The translations under genes and the position numbers were made by a program. A stretch of 64,000 bases of DNA, from positions 70,465,543 to 70,529,542 of the forward strand of contig NC_068981.1 in assembly GCF_001194135.2 (NCBI RefSeq), given 5' to 3'. Positions within the stretch are counted from its first letter, which is position 1. The number at the start of each line of letters is the position of its first letter. Shown piece by piece: positions 27,097 through 40,126 of the stretch. A model generated the notes under the pieces. That model saw only the letters and a list, made by a program, of their open reading frames with translations. It had not been told where the DNA came from and made no database searches. The stretch is from Octopus bimaculoides. Taxonomy: Eukaryota.

Positions 27097-27345
27097 TTCA
27101 ACTGGTACTGTTCCCTGTCTCTCAAATTATATTCATCGTTTGCAATTGAGTTTTTAGGAAAATTATCAAATGACCCAATGCAAAAATAATTTTTCCCCCC
27201 AGATTCAACTCTACATCCATATACAAAGTTATTTTGCATACAAAAATTATTGGTATAACATTTATCCTTAATTGTACAATAACAAGTTCTAGCAACATAA
27301 TTTTCAGTAATACAACTATTATTATCTCTATTGTTATCAAAATGT
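27097..27345 (-). CDS. Candidate 249-nt Cys-rich exon, product unknown
   Basis: aaacttAG|A-HFDNNRDNNSCITENYVARTCYCTIKDKCYTNNFCMQNNFVYGCRVESGGKNYFCIGSFDNFPKNSIANDEYNLRDREQYQL-AA|GTaagt. 82 open codons in very AT-rich DNA with 7 Cys. This frame is not the one shown in the ORF track. Confidence 0.4.
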
Positions 27346-28065
27346 CTAAGTTTGAGTTATTAATTGAAGAGATAATTCTTAACAAATGTTTAGATACTGA
27401 AAAGCCAGTTATCTTCTTATTATTATTAATTATTTTATTATAATTATTTTCTTTTTGAAATGTTTGCATATAGATATGTAAAAAAAGTTTAACCAAATTA
27501 GTTTGTAGTTGCTTGCATAAGAAATAATAAGCCAAATATAATTTTCATTTATAGAATTAACAGTATTAAGTGTATTAAAACCTCCATATGGGTATACATT
27601 TTAGTCTTAAAGTTAATTCTATGTTCATGCAGAATATTATAATTACTGCACTTTTTCTTATTCATACTATTACTATTATTATTAGTATTATTCTTATTGT
27701 TAATAACATTATTATTGCTATCATAATACAGGCTTAGCGTATGTACATTATAATTATTGATTTTAGAACATACATATATATATGAAGATATACAAATGGG
27801 AAGACAGTTGTTTTAATCGAATTTTATTTAATTGATATATTCATCCATTGTGTCATATAAACCACCATGTTCAGGTGAGATCTTAAAATGGTAAGATGTC
27901 AAATCGTTGAGATAATACATCCAACATAAAGACTGCAACTAACATTGTCGGGTGTGTTTTTAAAAATGATATTGGAATTAATAGAAATATTAAGTGTTGC
28001 TTGAACGGGCATGTGAGAAACAGTGAGAACTTTGAGAACGTACAAGTATCATAAGAATCACTAAC

Positions 28066-28218
28066 ATGTAGTAGCCAAGCAGGTATCTTGTCTGTTTGGC
28101 AAACAGATATCTTGTCCGTTAAATGAGAAAGTAGAAACCAGAAGACTGCAGAAAGAGATAAAACTGTCATTACCTTTGCACTCTGTACCGTTGGTATACA
28201 CATATTTACACTCACGCT
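28066..28218 (-). CDS. Candidate Cys-containing exon (50 open codons, phase 1-1)
   Basis: RECKYVYTNGTECKGNDSFISFCSLLVSTFSFNGQDICLPNRQDTCLATT, donor CAT|GTTAGT. A stronger internal acceptor (ttttatctctttctgcAG, start 28145) would give an 80-nt exon. Confidence 0.25.
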
Positions 28219-28289
28219 CTTACACACACACACACACACACACACAAAAGATAACCAAACATATATAGCCATACATATATAAAAACATA

Positions 28290-28322
<33 letters not shown>

Positions 28323-29204
28323 NNNNNNNNNNNNNNNNNNNNNNNNNNNNNNNNNNNNNNNNNNNNNNNNNNNNNNNNNNNNNNNNNNNNNNNNNNNNNN
28401 NNNNNNNNNNNNNNNNNNNNNNNNNNNNNNNNNNNNNNNNNNNNNNNNNNNNNNNNNNNNNNNNNNNNNNNNNNNNNNNNNNNNNNNNNNNNNNNNNNNN
28501 NNNNNNNNNNNNNNNNNNNNNNNNNNNNNNNNNNNNNNNNNNNNNNNNNNNNNNNNNNNNNNNNNNNNNNNNNNNNNNNNNNNNNNNNNNNNNNNNNNNN
28601 NNNNNNNNNNNNNNNNNNNNNNNNNNNNNNNNNNNNNNNNNNNNNNNNNNNNNNNNNNNNNNNNNNNNNNNNNNNNNNNNNNNNNNNNNNNNNNNNNNNN
28701 NNNNNNNNNNNNNNNNNNNNNNNNNNNNNNNNNNNNNNNNNNNNNNNNNNNNNNNNNNNNNNNNNNNNNNNNNNNNNNNNNNNNNNNNNNNNNNNNNNNN
28801 NNNNNNNNNNNNNNNNNNNNNNNNNNNNNNNNNNNNNNNNNNNNNNNNNNNNNNNNNNNNNNNNNNNNNNNNNNNNNNNNNNNNNNNNNNNNNNNNNNNN
28901 NNNNNNNNNNNNNNNNNNNNNNNNNNNNNNNNNNNNNNNNNNNNNNNNNNNNNNNNNNNNNNNNNNNNNNNNNNNNNNNNNNNNNNNNNNNNNNNNNNNN
29001 NNNNNNNNNNNNNNNNNNNNNNNNNNNNNNNNNNNNNNNNNNNNNNNNNNNNNNNNNNNNNNNNNNNNNNNNNNNNNNNNNNNNNNNNNNNNNNNNNNNN
29101 NNNNNNNNNNNNNNNNNNNNNNNNNNNNNNNNNNNNNNNNNNNNNNNNNNNNNNNNNNNNNNNNNNNNNNNNNNNNNNNNNNNNNNNNNNNNNNNNNNNN
29201 NNNN

Positions 29205-29239
<35 letters not shown>

Positions 29240-29329
29240 AGGTAGTAGATTTAATTTTATAGGTTTTCAGAAATGTAGAGTGAAATTTATGGCTCCAGGA
29301 GGGGTCTGAAAACTTATTTAACATATTAG

Positions 29330-30170
29330 CCTTATATAAATTAATAAATTAAGGATTATATACGATTCCCTTACTGGCAATGTACACCTGTCTGAACCAT
29401 TACCATATGGGGGAGCCCTCGCAATTAGGATACCATATCAGGTCGTAAGGCAAGTAACAATCCCTAAGCTTACCTATATATGCCGCTAAGGTAGTGGAAT
29501 TCTTATACTTATGGTTTGAAAAGGAATTCATATGGGGCCTATGTGTATTGAATAGACTAGCTATACATTTATACACAACATTGTATCGAAGACATGATCC
29601 TGCAAGCGGATATGTTTTGGGTGCTCTGAAGTTCCAAATTTTATTCCGTTGCGTCCTAATATTACTGTTCGTAATTATATTTCCAGCATTATTAATATTC
29701 TTATACTGGGATAGGGTACCTGATTTTAAATTCATTAAAGTTTGATTAGTATTATATCTTACGTTAGTATTTGGGATCGACACCTTAATTTTAACCTTCT
29801 TTCCATTAGTACTTATTACTAGTTCTACAGCATTATTATTAGTTGCACTATTGTTGTCCTTTTTGCTATATCCTTCATTTCATTAGTACGGAGTCCTTTC
29901 CCTAAATTATTATTACTAGTTACACTACTGTTGATTTTATTCAATATACGTTTAATTTTGCCCCTATTGATAGAAGCTATTATTGTTCCCTAATTAGGCA
30001 TTGCCGAGTACGCAAATTTTACAGCAGATTTATTACAAATGGCGGTCTGCCGTTTTGAAGATTGACAGTTTTATTCCTATATTTATCAACCCCTCATTCG
30101 CTTTGTGCCACCTATATTTATCACGCATAACTTTTTACATGTAATCGTTATTTATATGTGATTTCATATG
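29330..30170 (-). mobile_element. Penelope-like element relic, GIY-YIG end
   Basis: ORF 29400-29783 reads YPLAGSCLRYNVVYKC..MNSFSNHKYKNSTTLAAYIGKLRD..YDLIW. Upstream lies AYSAMPN*GTII, resembling the ISYSCMPN motif. Confidence 0.85.
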
Positions 30171-30839
30171 TATTTTTATATATTTCCTCCTATATTTTTA
30201 AGTATATATTAGGTCTCTACGAGCTCTCCATAAATAGCCCATACCTTCTATAACATACTTAATATTATGCACACACACATATACTTGTATACATGTGCTT
30301 ATATAAACATGCGCTGTGTATTCACACTCATACACACTTATACATATACACACGTACTTATACATAAAGTATGTGATATATAACAATATAATATGATAAA
30401 TATATCTAAAGAAACCATAGACAATTGACTAAGGGTCGTAAACAGGATTATCAGATATTTCACTAGTTCTTGAATACAGAAGTTGCAAACAAATGAAAAT
30501 ATGTAACCAGGAGGCTAATGACATAATGTTACATATCACTTAAATAATATTAGATATTTAGATAATATTTAAATGAGACGAGTGTACTTATCTACGTTCG
30601 AAAGTGTAGTTAAATAGAAACTAAGAAGTTAAAGATTAGTAGTTTTCGAAGCATACAAGATAACTAGTTTAAAGTATGAAGAAGAGTTTCTAATGTAATA
30701 AAAGCACATGCCTCTAAGTTCATTAGATTTGTCAAGGATATTACCAATGCAATATGTATTCACAATATGTATGTGTGTGTATGGGTGTGTGAGTGTGTGT
30801 GCATGGGGGTGTATGTATATTTTTATATATACATATTTT

Positions 30840-30878
<39 letters not shown>

Positions 30879-30920
30879 AAGTGTGTGTCTATGTTTGTGT
30901 GTATTTGTGTAAGTATGTAT

Positions 30921-31317
30921 TCTTTTATTCTTTTACTTGTGTCAGCTATTTGACAGTGGCCATGCTGGAGCACCACCTAGAAACGTTTTAGTGGAACAAA
31001 TCGAATCCAGGACTTATTTTTTAAGCCTTGTACTTATTCTATCGGTCCGTTTGCCGAACCGCTAACTTATGGAAACATTAGCACGGTTGTCATGCGGTGA
31101 TGGAGAGACAAACGTAGACACAAAGACACTCTCACACACATACACATATACATACGACGGGCGTCTTTTAGTTTCCGTCTACCAAATCCACTCACAAGTC
31201 TTTGGTCGACCCGAGGCTATAGTAAAAACACTTGATCAAGGTACCACACAGAGGAACTGAACCCCGAATCATGTGGTTGTGAAGCAAGCTTCTTACTACC
31301 CAGCCATGACTGTGCCT
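30921..31317 (-). mobile_element. Composite SINE (B head + CA/TA tract + C body)
   Basis: Reverse-complement match to the 23401-23720 organisation. Confidence 0.9.
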
Positions 31318-31871
31318 ATAAAGGAGTAAGTCGGTAAGGCTCTACCGTGACTCGAGCCCGGATTGCTGTATTCAGATTCAAAAGTGCTCAACATTATAAC
31401 ATAAAACCAACTTTGTCTGTCTGTCTGTCTGTATATATGCAAGTATGTATGCATGCATGCATGCATGTATGTATGTATGTATGTATGTATGTATGTATAT
31501 GTGAATGTGTGCTTGTATGAAGGCATGCATGAGTATATGTATATATATGTTAATAGATTCCTTGCACATCTATTATATTGCTGAGTCTCAGTTTCAAGAG
31601 CTTTGCACTGTAACTATTATTCATTGTAGACATGTTACTTATGTTTAACAAGTACAGTGCTTCATTACACGTTGATTCTTTCGTCATGATTGAGACTCCT
31701 TCTGATCATGTGCATTTGTTTTCGAGATGGCTCTTGGTTTGTATGTTAGGGCCTGATATTGTCTTGCATTGAATTGCTTTCTTCTGTTCATTTGTAAATT
31801 ACATTTTTGTCGTTTTAAATTTTGTCCTAAAGCTTGTCATACTGATCGTCTGTGATACATGTTTCCCTCAG

Positions 31872-31915
31872 GCGATCGTGAAAGTGCCTAATTATATGAC
31901 TCTTGTCATATCCGA
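31872..31915 (+). CDS. Candidate 44-nt exon (AIVKVPNYMTLVIS)
   Basis: catgtttccctcAG|GCG...CCGA|GTGAGT. Only one frame is open. Confidence 0.2.
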
Positions 31916-32446
31916 GTGAGTGCGACAATCAGCAATAGATCAGTGAAATGCCTTCAAACTCCACTTGGAATTTGTATTATCGAAGTGAACACTGCTGGCT
32001 GCAATACAGAAGGCCATTTAGATTCACAATTTTATCGAGATCATGCGGCTTAAGTTGTAGCATTCTATCCAAATTTTACCACTCAGCATTTGCATTAAAA
32101 TTTGCATCGTCCCTCGGACTGCTCATCACTGAAGTACCACTAAATATAAAGAGATAAGAACAAACAGTGCAATACTTTATGGTTCAAGAGCCCACCGGTT
32201 TTCAATATCCTAGAGAAGAAACACACAGACAATCCATTTTCAGTGCTCATTGCTAAAGTTGCACAAATGAATGCAGTTTTTATCAAACTCATACAATGCT
32301 AAAAAAACAAGCGCAATTTTAGGGCTACAAAAACAGTAACAACAGTGTAGGCACTGCCGCAACCTAATGACTAGAGCAAGAAAAAGAGCATCCATGTATT
32401 TGTATAAACACATACAAACATATACATATCTATCTATATGTATATA

Positions 32447-32660
32447 TATGTGTGTGTGTGTGTGTGTGTGGTGTGTGGTGTGTGTGTATGTGTGTGTGTG
32501 TGTGTGTGTGGTGTGGTGCGTGTGTGTGTAGTGTGTGTCTGTGTAGTGTGTGTGTGAGTGTGTGTGGTTGTGAGTGTACGTTTGTGTTTCTGAATATATA
32601 CGTGTGTGTGTGTAGGTGTGCGTGTGTATGTGTGTGCTAGTGTTTATGTGTGTGTATATT
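32447..32660. repeat. Interrupted (GT)n compound microsatellite
   Basis: Read directly from the sequence. Confidence 0.95.
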
Positions 32661-33865
32661 TATGGGCTTTTGGATATATGTGTGTATGCATTTATATACG
32701 CATGATTCTATATCACAATAATTTAAAAAGCAAATATGTGTAAAAGATATTAGAATTTTCAATAAACGACAGCTTCCACGATGTCACTGAAATTTTAACT
32801 TTTATGTACTTTCATTTATTCTTACATTATTAAATTTCACTCGGTTAAAGAAACGGTCGCATTTATTAATCACGACCACTGATATTAGCTCTGTATAATT
32901 TAAGATAATTTTGTTTTTCGACTACATTTTCCAATATATTTAATGTAGTCGTCGCAATATCTTTTCTTTAAATGTAGTTACGCGGAATATTTACTAAGTT
33001 TCAAGTATTTTAAAGTGTAGTCATTCACAACATTCCACCATCATGATTTCCAAAGTGTAATATGGTAAATGCCCGACGTAATTCCAAATCACAATATTTT
33101 AACATAGTAGCGTCAAGTCAATTTTCAACTTTCAATATTACTGTCATATAATTCAATTTCTTGAACATGGTTGGCTTATTATTTAACAAATCTTCATCGG
33201 CTCCAGCGCAGCATTAATATGACTAATGACATTTCTGAACCAGGCATGTTTTCAAAAGTTACTCGTAAAATTATTTTACAATCATACATCATTTACTTGT
33301 GTATCTACTAAAGCTTGAATTTGAGAAGTTCCCTCATTTCACTGTAAATAAAATGCGTATTATCCAGCTTATCATACAATTATCATTCAAAATGTACTGA
33401 AATCAGAAACTTTTAATGTTGCAACATTACATTGGCATAATAAGCTTAGAAATCCTTAAACTTCTAGAGTTTTACTATACCTATAGCCGACATTCAATTA
33501 TCTTGATCTCTATACTTACTCGTATGTACACCTACACCGCTTCCCAAACCCATGTATGTATAATAATTTTTTTTTTCATGTACTTCGGACCGTAATTATA
33601 GTTTGTTTTGTACTTTTCAACGCATAGAAAAATAAAATAGATTTTAACTGTCACTGATTTTATTTCTTTATTGTCCTTCTGTTCAAATGTAATTTCATTA
33701 AATTCCTATGTCTTTGTGCAGCTGAAGATTGGTCTACATTTTATATTTGATGTAATGTTTACATTGTTGAATTAAAGGGAGTCGCATGAAACGATCGTAC
33801 TGCATTACTTCTGGATATCCTTGTTGCTTATTTTTATTATATATATATTGGTAGATAGATAGATA

Positions 33866-34571
33866 TCTTTTTATTATAGCCACACAGGGCTAAATACAGA
33901 AAATGGACAAATTACAAAGTAGAGCCTATCTTGGTGGGGGGGCTAATTTCGATCAAAAGGGATCGCGGGAAGAAAAAAAAGAAAAAGAAAAACGTGGGTG
34001 GGGGGGCGATCAATAGGGATCGTGTATCACAGTCGATGTAAAAAACGGGGAACAGATTAGGTTTATCCGTGGAGAGAAAAGCCTACGGAAAAGACCACGG
34101 TCACCTCAGGCTTTTTTTTTAAAGGTACATGAAAGTAAGTACCTTCTCTCTTTTTGTTACAAGTCTATGCTTAAAATGGTGTCGTCTTTCATTCTTACCA
34201 TTCTTGCCACATTTACCCATTTTTTATTGAAACTTTCATTCGACAACACTTTCCTCTCTATCCTCATCCCCCTTTTCATGTGGTACTTGAAAAAGTTGAC
34301 GAGGGACTGACCAGAGAGGAAAGTGTTTGTTTGTAGACCTTTCAAACGCGTCCACCACACGCATTCTTTTGCCATAGCTATCAGTGTTACAAAAACCGTT
34401 TTTCCTTCCTGTTTAAAGGAAGGTGGCGGAACAATATTCACGATAGACTCGGCTGATAAGTGGGCTCGTCCCACACGCGACAACAGCCGTTCGACGAAGG
34501 TCCACAGCTCTGAAATATCTGGACACTGCACGAGTGAGTGCAGAACGGTTTCGTCGCTCTGACCGCATTTC

Positions 34572-34572
<1 letters not shown>
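33866..34572 (-). mobile_element. 5'-truncated Tx1/L1-clade LINE (ORF2 C-terminal CCHC, 3' UTR and poly-A)
   Basis: ORF 34157-34570 reads KCGQSDETVLHSLVQCPDISELWTFVERLL..AKECVWWTRLKG..FFKYHMKR. It ends in aataaaaaa and has (GATA)n on both flanks. Confidence 0.85.
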
Positions 34573-34608
<36 letters not shown>

Positions 34609-34633
34609 TAAATATATACACTTATATGTACAC

Positions 34634-34800
34634 ACGACGGTCTTCTTTCTGTTTTCGCGTAGCATATACAATAATGTGACGTTGGGCAGCCCGAGGATAA
34701 TATAGAAGGCACCTACACAAAATTCTGCGCTGTGAGATTAAGCCCCAAATACACGTGATAGTGAAGAAAAACCCTTAACTACAGAGACCCATCTCTGCCT
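34634..34800 (-). mobile_element. Diverged SINE family B head
   Basis: Similar to the 31154-31317 copy. Confidence 0.7.
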
Positions 34801-37654
34801 ATATGTTAATGTGTGTGTGTGTGTGTATGTGGATATATACAGTCTATATAATGTCTTGATATGATATCCATTGCGGAAAGTAAAGTGAAAGTAAATCTCA
34901 AGTGAATATAATTGCAGTGTTGTTAAGTTTTACGTATGTTAAAAGATCTGAATGCTGAACAATACTGAATAAATGAATACCTCATTGTCAATGAATTTTC
35001 CATTTAATTTAGATTTAGAAAAGAAGGAAATAATTTCCAAAGAATACGTTGTTATAAACGAAATAAATTGCTTTTATCCAAAAATGGTAATCCTAGAAGA
35101 GCCGCAGACTGGTCGTTGAATGTTGCTAAATTGGAAAAAAAGATACTATACATACATGCATACATACATATATATATATATATACACATATATATATATA
35201 TNNNNNNNNNNNNNNNNNNNNNNNNNNNNNNNNNNNNNNNNNNNNNNNNNNNNNNNNNNNNNNNNNNNNNNNNNNNNNNNNNNNNNNNNNNNNNNNNNNN
35301 NNNNNNNNNNNNNNNNNNNNNNNNNNNNNNNNNNNNNNNNNNNNNNNNNNNNNNNNNNNNNNNNNNNNNNNNNNNNNNNNNNNNNNNNNNNNNNNNNNNN
35401 NNNNNNNNNNNNNNNNNNNNNNNNNNNNNNNNNNNNNNNNNNNNNNNNNNNNNNNNNNNNNNNNNNNNNNNNNNNNNNNNNNNNNNNNNNNNNNNNNNNN
35501 NNNNNNNNNNNNNNNNNNNNNNNNNNNNNNNNNNNNNNNNNNNNNNNNNNNNNNNNNTATATATGTATGTATGTATGTATGTATGCATACATATACACAA
35601 GCATATATATATGTATATATCTATGTATGCATACATATATATATATGTATATATGTAAGTATGTATGTGCACGTGTGTGTGCGTGCGTATAATTATATGT
35701 TTTCTAAATTATATTCTAATTTGAACTGCCTCATATCGTCACGCCTGATTCTGTTCGTTATGGCTTTCTACCGTTTAACGTCATACAGATCCCAATAGTA
35801 GTTTATGTGAGCATATTTTGAGCCTTGAGATATATCAATACTTTCTTTATTCTTATATTTTTCAATTAGAAAGTAATTTTATTCCTTCATAATAAATTTG
35901 TGAACTCACTCCCATTGTTTTTAAGTTAATGTAAACTCTTAATTAGATTAAATGAATTCCTATTTAAAGTATATATTTTTGTTATATAAATTCTATTATA
36001 GTCATTATTTGTTTGTTCCAATTCAATAATTATATCATTTACTTGATTTATTTCATAGATATACTTAATTTGTAATTAGTTATCAATGAGCAATCATCTT
36101 CTCCTATGAATAAAATCCATGATGCATTAAAACAATTCTTGTTATATATCGTTTTTGTCTCTATGATTCGGCATATTTACTCCTCTTGATTTCCACAAAC
36201 AGATAGCCATATTGTGTACCTATTTTTCTCCGAAACTGTGTACCTCGCTTGCTATCTAACAAACTAATAGACTGGCTGTTTATATTGTATTTATGTTTTT
36301 TTAAAAATTTACATTGATTTTAATTCATTAAAATGTTTAGATAAGCAAATAGAAAACAATGATCAAAACCAAATCGGCCCAACCAATATAGTTCTCTGAT
36401 TGTCAAAGAAGAAGCCATTTTTGAACTGAATTACATCTTTCTTCTACATTATTGAAGCATAGCAAACAAATCCAATTACCCCAGCTAGAATTGCGAAACA
36501 CTTTCAGGAATCTTAAAATGTGACCAATCATTCTGCCAATAAGTTCGCATTCTTTATTTTCAATGCCCTATTTGGGCTATGCTACAATTTCAATATTCAA
36601 AAGAAAAAAAAAATAATGTAATTCACCTGCTCAACTCGAGCGTAATTAACAGCTAACGTATGATAACTGCCTTCATACTCTAAGAAGATGTATAATGAAT
36701 CACATAACCAGCTTCATTTGAATTATATCGGCAACAATACGATTCAGAATGAGGATATCAATTATGCCTTCGGGTTTTGTGTTTTATTATATCTTAAATA
36801 CTTTCGGGTGAAAACGTTACCTTGTTAGAATGTGCTTCCTGTTTCCTGTGTACGCTAACAACGTTTGGAATTTCTTGATGACACATGACTTTGTTAAATA
36901 TTAAATATTCCACTTGGGTTTTCAATTTTGCCAGAATCTTCTTAGATTATCATTATTAATAGCTCCTTTGACTTATTATTATATCTCACAAACTGCAAAT
37001 CTAGATGGGAAGGTGCTTCATTAAAGCCAACCGCTCCTTTTTCTTGATACGTTAGATTAACGACTGCAATAACGTCGCGCTGAAAAGCTGCAGATAAATT
37101 TTTGCTCAAGCAACATATCTAGTATGGAACACCTCTCCCATGGAAATGTTTAATAAAATGCGAAAGAATTTAATGATTAATTAAACTTAATGGATTTCTT
37201 CACATGGGGATTGCAACATCTCGAATTATGTGATCACGATCCTCCTTAATGGAACTCGTAAATCCATCAAAATTAATAGATAGAAAGAGTTTTTGACAGA
37301 GCGAAAGGATACACATTTCAAAAGGATAAAAATATATAGCGAAGACACATCACCTTCGTGCAAACGTAATAAAAATAATAAAAGTACACCACCTAAAGAA
37401 TATAAAAATTGCATAACGTACATTTTTAATATGGTATCCATTCATGACATCTACTAGCGTTTTTTATGCTTTTAGCATCTTTATCTTTCATTTACAATTT
37501 GGGTTTAACTTAATATATTGAGGTGTATTCATGAATAATGTTAAAACACAAATTTATTGTTTATGCTACTAATGCTTCTGTTATATCTCATCTGCCAAAC
37601 TAAGCGTATTATACTCAGTGACTATATGTCTACATTACTCAACACACGGAAAAC

Positions 37655-37693
<39 letters not shown>

Positions 37694-37777
37694 GGTTTAG
37701 ATATAGATTCAAGGCTTGAATATGGTACTTATGCGAAGGCACCCGAATTTCACATCCCAAAAGGATGGGTGATTAAA

Positions 37778-38281
37778 ATCAAATAATAAGCAACACGGAT
37801 TTCAAAAGTGATTGCAGTACGCACGTTTCATGCTACTTCAATTTATTTAAGTAATGTGAGCATTACCTTAAATGCAATATGAAGAGCAATCTTCAGCTGC
37901 ACGAAAAAATGTAGAAAAAAGACATATTACAAATGTGGCAACATATTAAAACCAAGTGGGAGAGAGCAGAGGAAGAATATATAAGTCCATCTTGACATAG
38001 CAGGGTCTATCAGGCTAGGGTCTATCATAGCAGGGTCTATCTAGCCTGATAGACCCTGCTATGTCAAGATGGACTTATATATTCTTCCTCTGCTCTCTCC
38101 CACTTGGTTTTAATATGTTGCCACATTTGTAATATGTCTTTTTTCTACATTTTTTCGTGCAGCTGAAGATTGCTCTTCATATTGCATTTAAGGTAATGCT
38201 CACATTACTTAAATAAATTGAAGTAGCATGAAACGTGCGTACTGCAATCACTTTTGAAATCCGTGTTGCTTATTATTTGAT
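37778..38281. repeat. Perfect inverted duplication: 241-bp arms with a 22-nt templated loop
   Basis: Arms 37778-38018 and 38041-38281 appear identical by eye. The loop GGTCTATC+ATAGCAGGGTCTAT copies 38004-38011 and 37997-38010. Confidence 0.95.
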
Positions 38282-38342
38282 ATATATATATATATATACT
38301 TAAATATATATACATATACATATATATATATACATATATATA

Positions 38343-38718
38343 CTGCTGCTGAGACCCCACTGGGCCATGACTGACCATGGGATTGCACCTAGAAATTTAC
38401 CCTTCCAGGCACAAGTCCGGTCAAGGTTGTTTATAGAAGACCAGTTGTCGCCTATGCATACGGCCTCCCCTCTCCACGCCACCGATGTTATCCAAGGGAA
38501 AGGCAAAGGGGCCGACACAGCTTGGCATCAGTGACGTCGCAACTCATTTCTACAGCGGAGTGAACTGGAGCAACGTGAAATAAAGTGTCTTGCTCAAAAA
38601 TACAACACGCAGCCCAGTCCGGGATTCGAACTTACAACCTCACAATCATAAGCTCGACACTCTAAACACTGAGCTATATGCCTTCCTTCGACGCTCTAAC
38701 CACTGAGCCATGCACCAA
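38343..38718 (-). mobile_element. tRNA-derived SINE family E with a partially duplicated head
   Basis: Minus head has box A (tagctcagtgttt) and box B (gttcgaatccc), with a (CAG)n-like tail. A second head fragment lies at 38686-38718. Confidence 0.9.
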
Positions 38719-38963
38719 TATATATATACACATACATGTATANNNNNNNNNNNNNNNNNNNNNNNNNNNNNNNNNNNNNNNNNNNNNNNNNNNNNNNNNN
38801 NNNNNNNNNNNNNNNNNNNNNNNNNNNNNNNNNNNNNNNNNNNNNNNNNNNNNNNNNNNNNNNNNNNNNNNNNNNNNNNNNNNNNNNNNNNNNNNNNNNN
38901 NNNNNNNNNNNNNNNNNNNNNNNNNNNNNNNNNNNNNNNNNNNNNNNNNNNNNNNNNNNNNNN

Positions 38964-39044
<81 letters not shown>

Positions 39045-40008
39045 TAGACATATATATATTGATGATAGTATAGTTTATCCTAGTCTGGTGGTATTCGGCC
39101 ACTACATCTGAGACAGCTTTATGATTACCATTGCGGAATGAAACAAATTCAATGCGCTTACACCAATGTATTCTCTTGAAATTACATGCTTCTGTTGTAA
39201 ATGAAGATAAAATGAAAGATCAATTTAAAAAGACACGTTCATTTATTTCCTTTTCTGCAGTACACACTTTTTTTTAACAGAAATAAAAATTCACAAACAC
39301 AGCAATTTATTTTGAATCTCCATTCATTTTCACATTACTCCATAACACAGATATTAACTACGTTATCAATAACGAAAATGTTATAAACATCAATACACAG
39401 GCTTCAGCAAATAGTAATCTTTTACAGAAATATATCGGAACTTAAAAGTAATTCATATCAAACAGTAGATTAACGTTACATTATATAATTATATGTATAT
39501 TAAAGAAGACAAGTTGCTTTAACGTGATGTAAGTACCTTGACAACGTCAGACCTACATTAATGTCTATTAATATCCTTAGGAGTGCCGGTGATTAATCTT
39601 TCTTTCCAACAGAATAATAAAATATTAGATTGTCCGGACAGGAAATCTGTGTAATTTACCAAAATCCTCTGTCAAATGTAATCTCATAGTTCAAAGAGTT
39701 TGATCATAATACGCTGCTAATATGTTTATAGCCACGCGAAACTGAAGTCAATTTCTACATCTTTTACAACACAAAAATACAGTTCAATGAGATATTACAT
39801 CTTTCAAATAAATCGTGTTATTGCTTCGTGTTTTCTGCTGTAACTTATAAAAAACATAAATTTTGCGAAATGGAAAACACTAAATAATATAATTATACTT
39901 CTGTAAATATTGTCTTTATCTGCGTGTAAACACAGTCACAAAAATACCGTTCAGAAAGTACATACCCATATACACATAAACAACACATACGTTTGTATAT
40001 ATACAAAC

Positions 40009-40044
<36 letters not shown>

Positions 40045-40093
40045 TATATATATATACATACACAAACTCAAGCACGTGTGTGCGTGTGTGTGC

Positions 40094-40126
<33 letters not shown>

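Noticed and set aside
27122-27535. 137-aa hydrophobic ORF from the track
   Set aside because: It reads like the shifted frame of an Asn/Cys-rich sequence (runs of I, L, V). The overlapping Cys-rich frame was preferred, though this one is not excluded.
27860-27896. Plus-strand ccaccATGTTCAG|GTGAGA (Kozak-like start plus donor)
   Set aside because: Joining it to the next candidate exon (31872) gives an immediate stop, and nothing else supports it.
31560-32150. Minus frame with vague resemblance to a retroelement N-terminal region
   Set aside because: Many stops and no diagnostic motif.
36370-36545. Several CCAAT boxes
   Set aside because: Short motifs expected by chance, with no linked transcription start or first exon.
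37226-37441. Minus ORF with a signal-peptide-like start and a possible 39-nt exon
   Set aside because: Hydrophobic runs are common in T-rich DNA, the donor is weak, and it cannot be linked to other exons.
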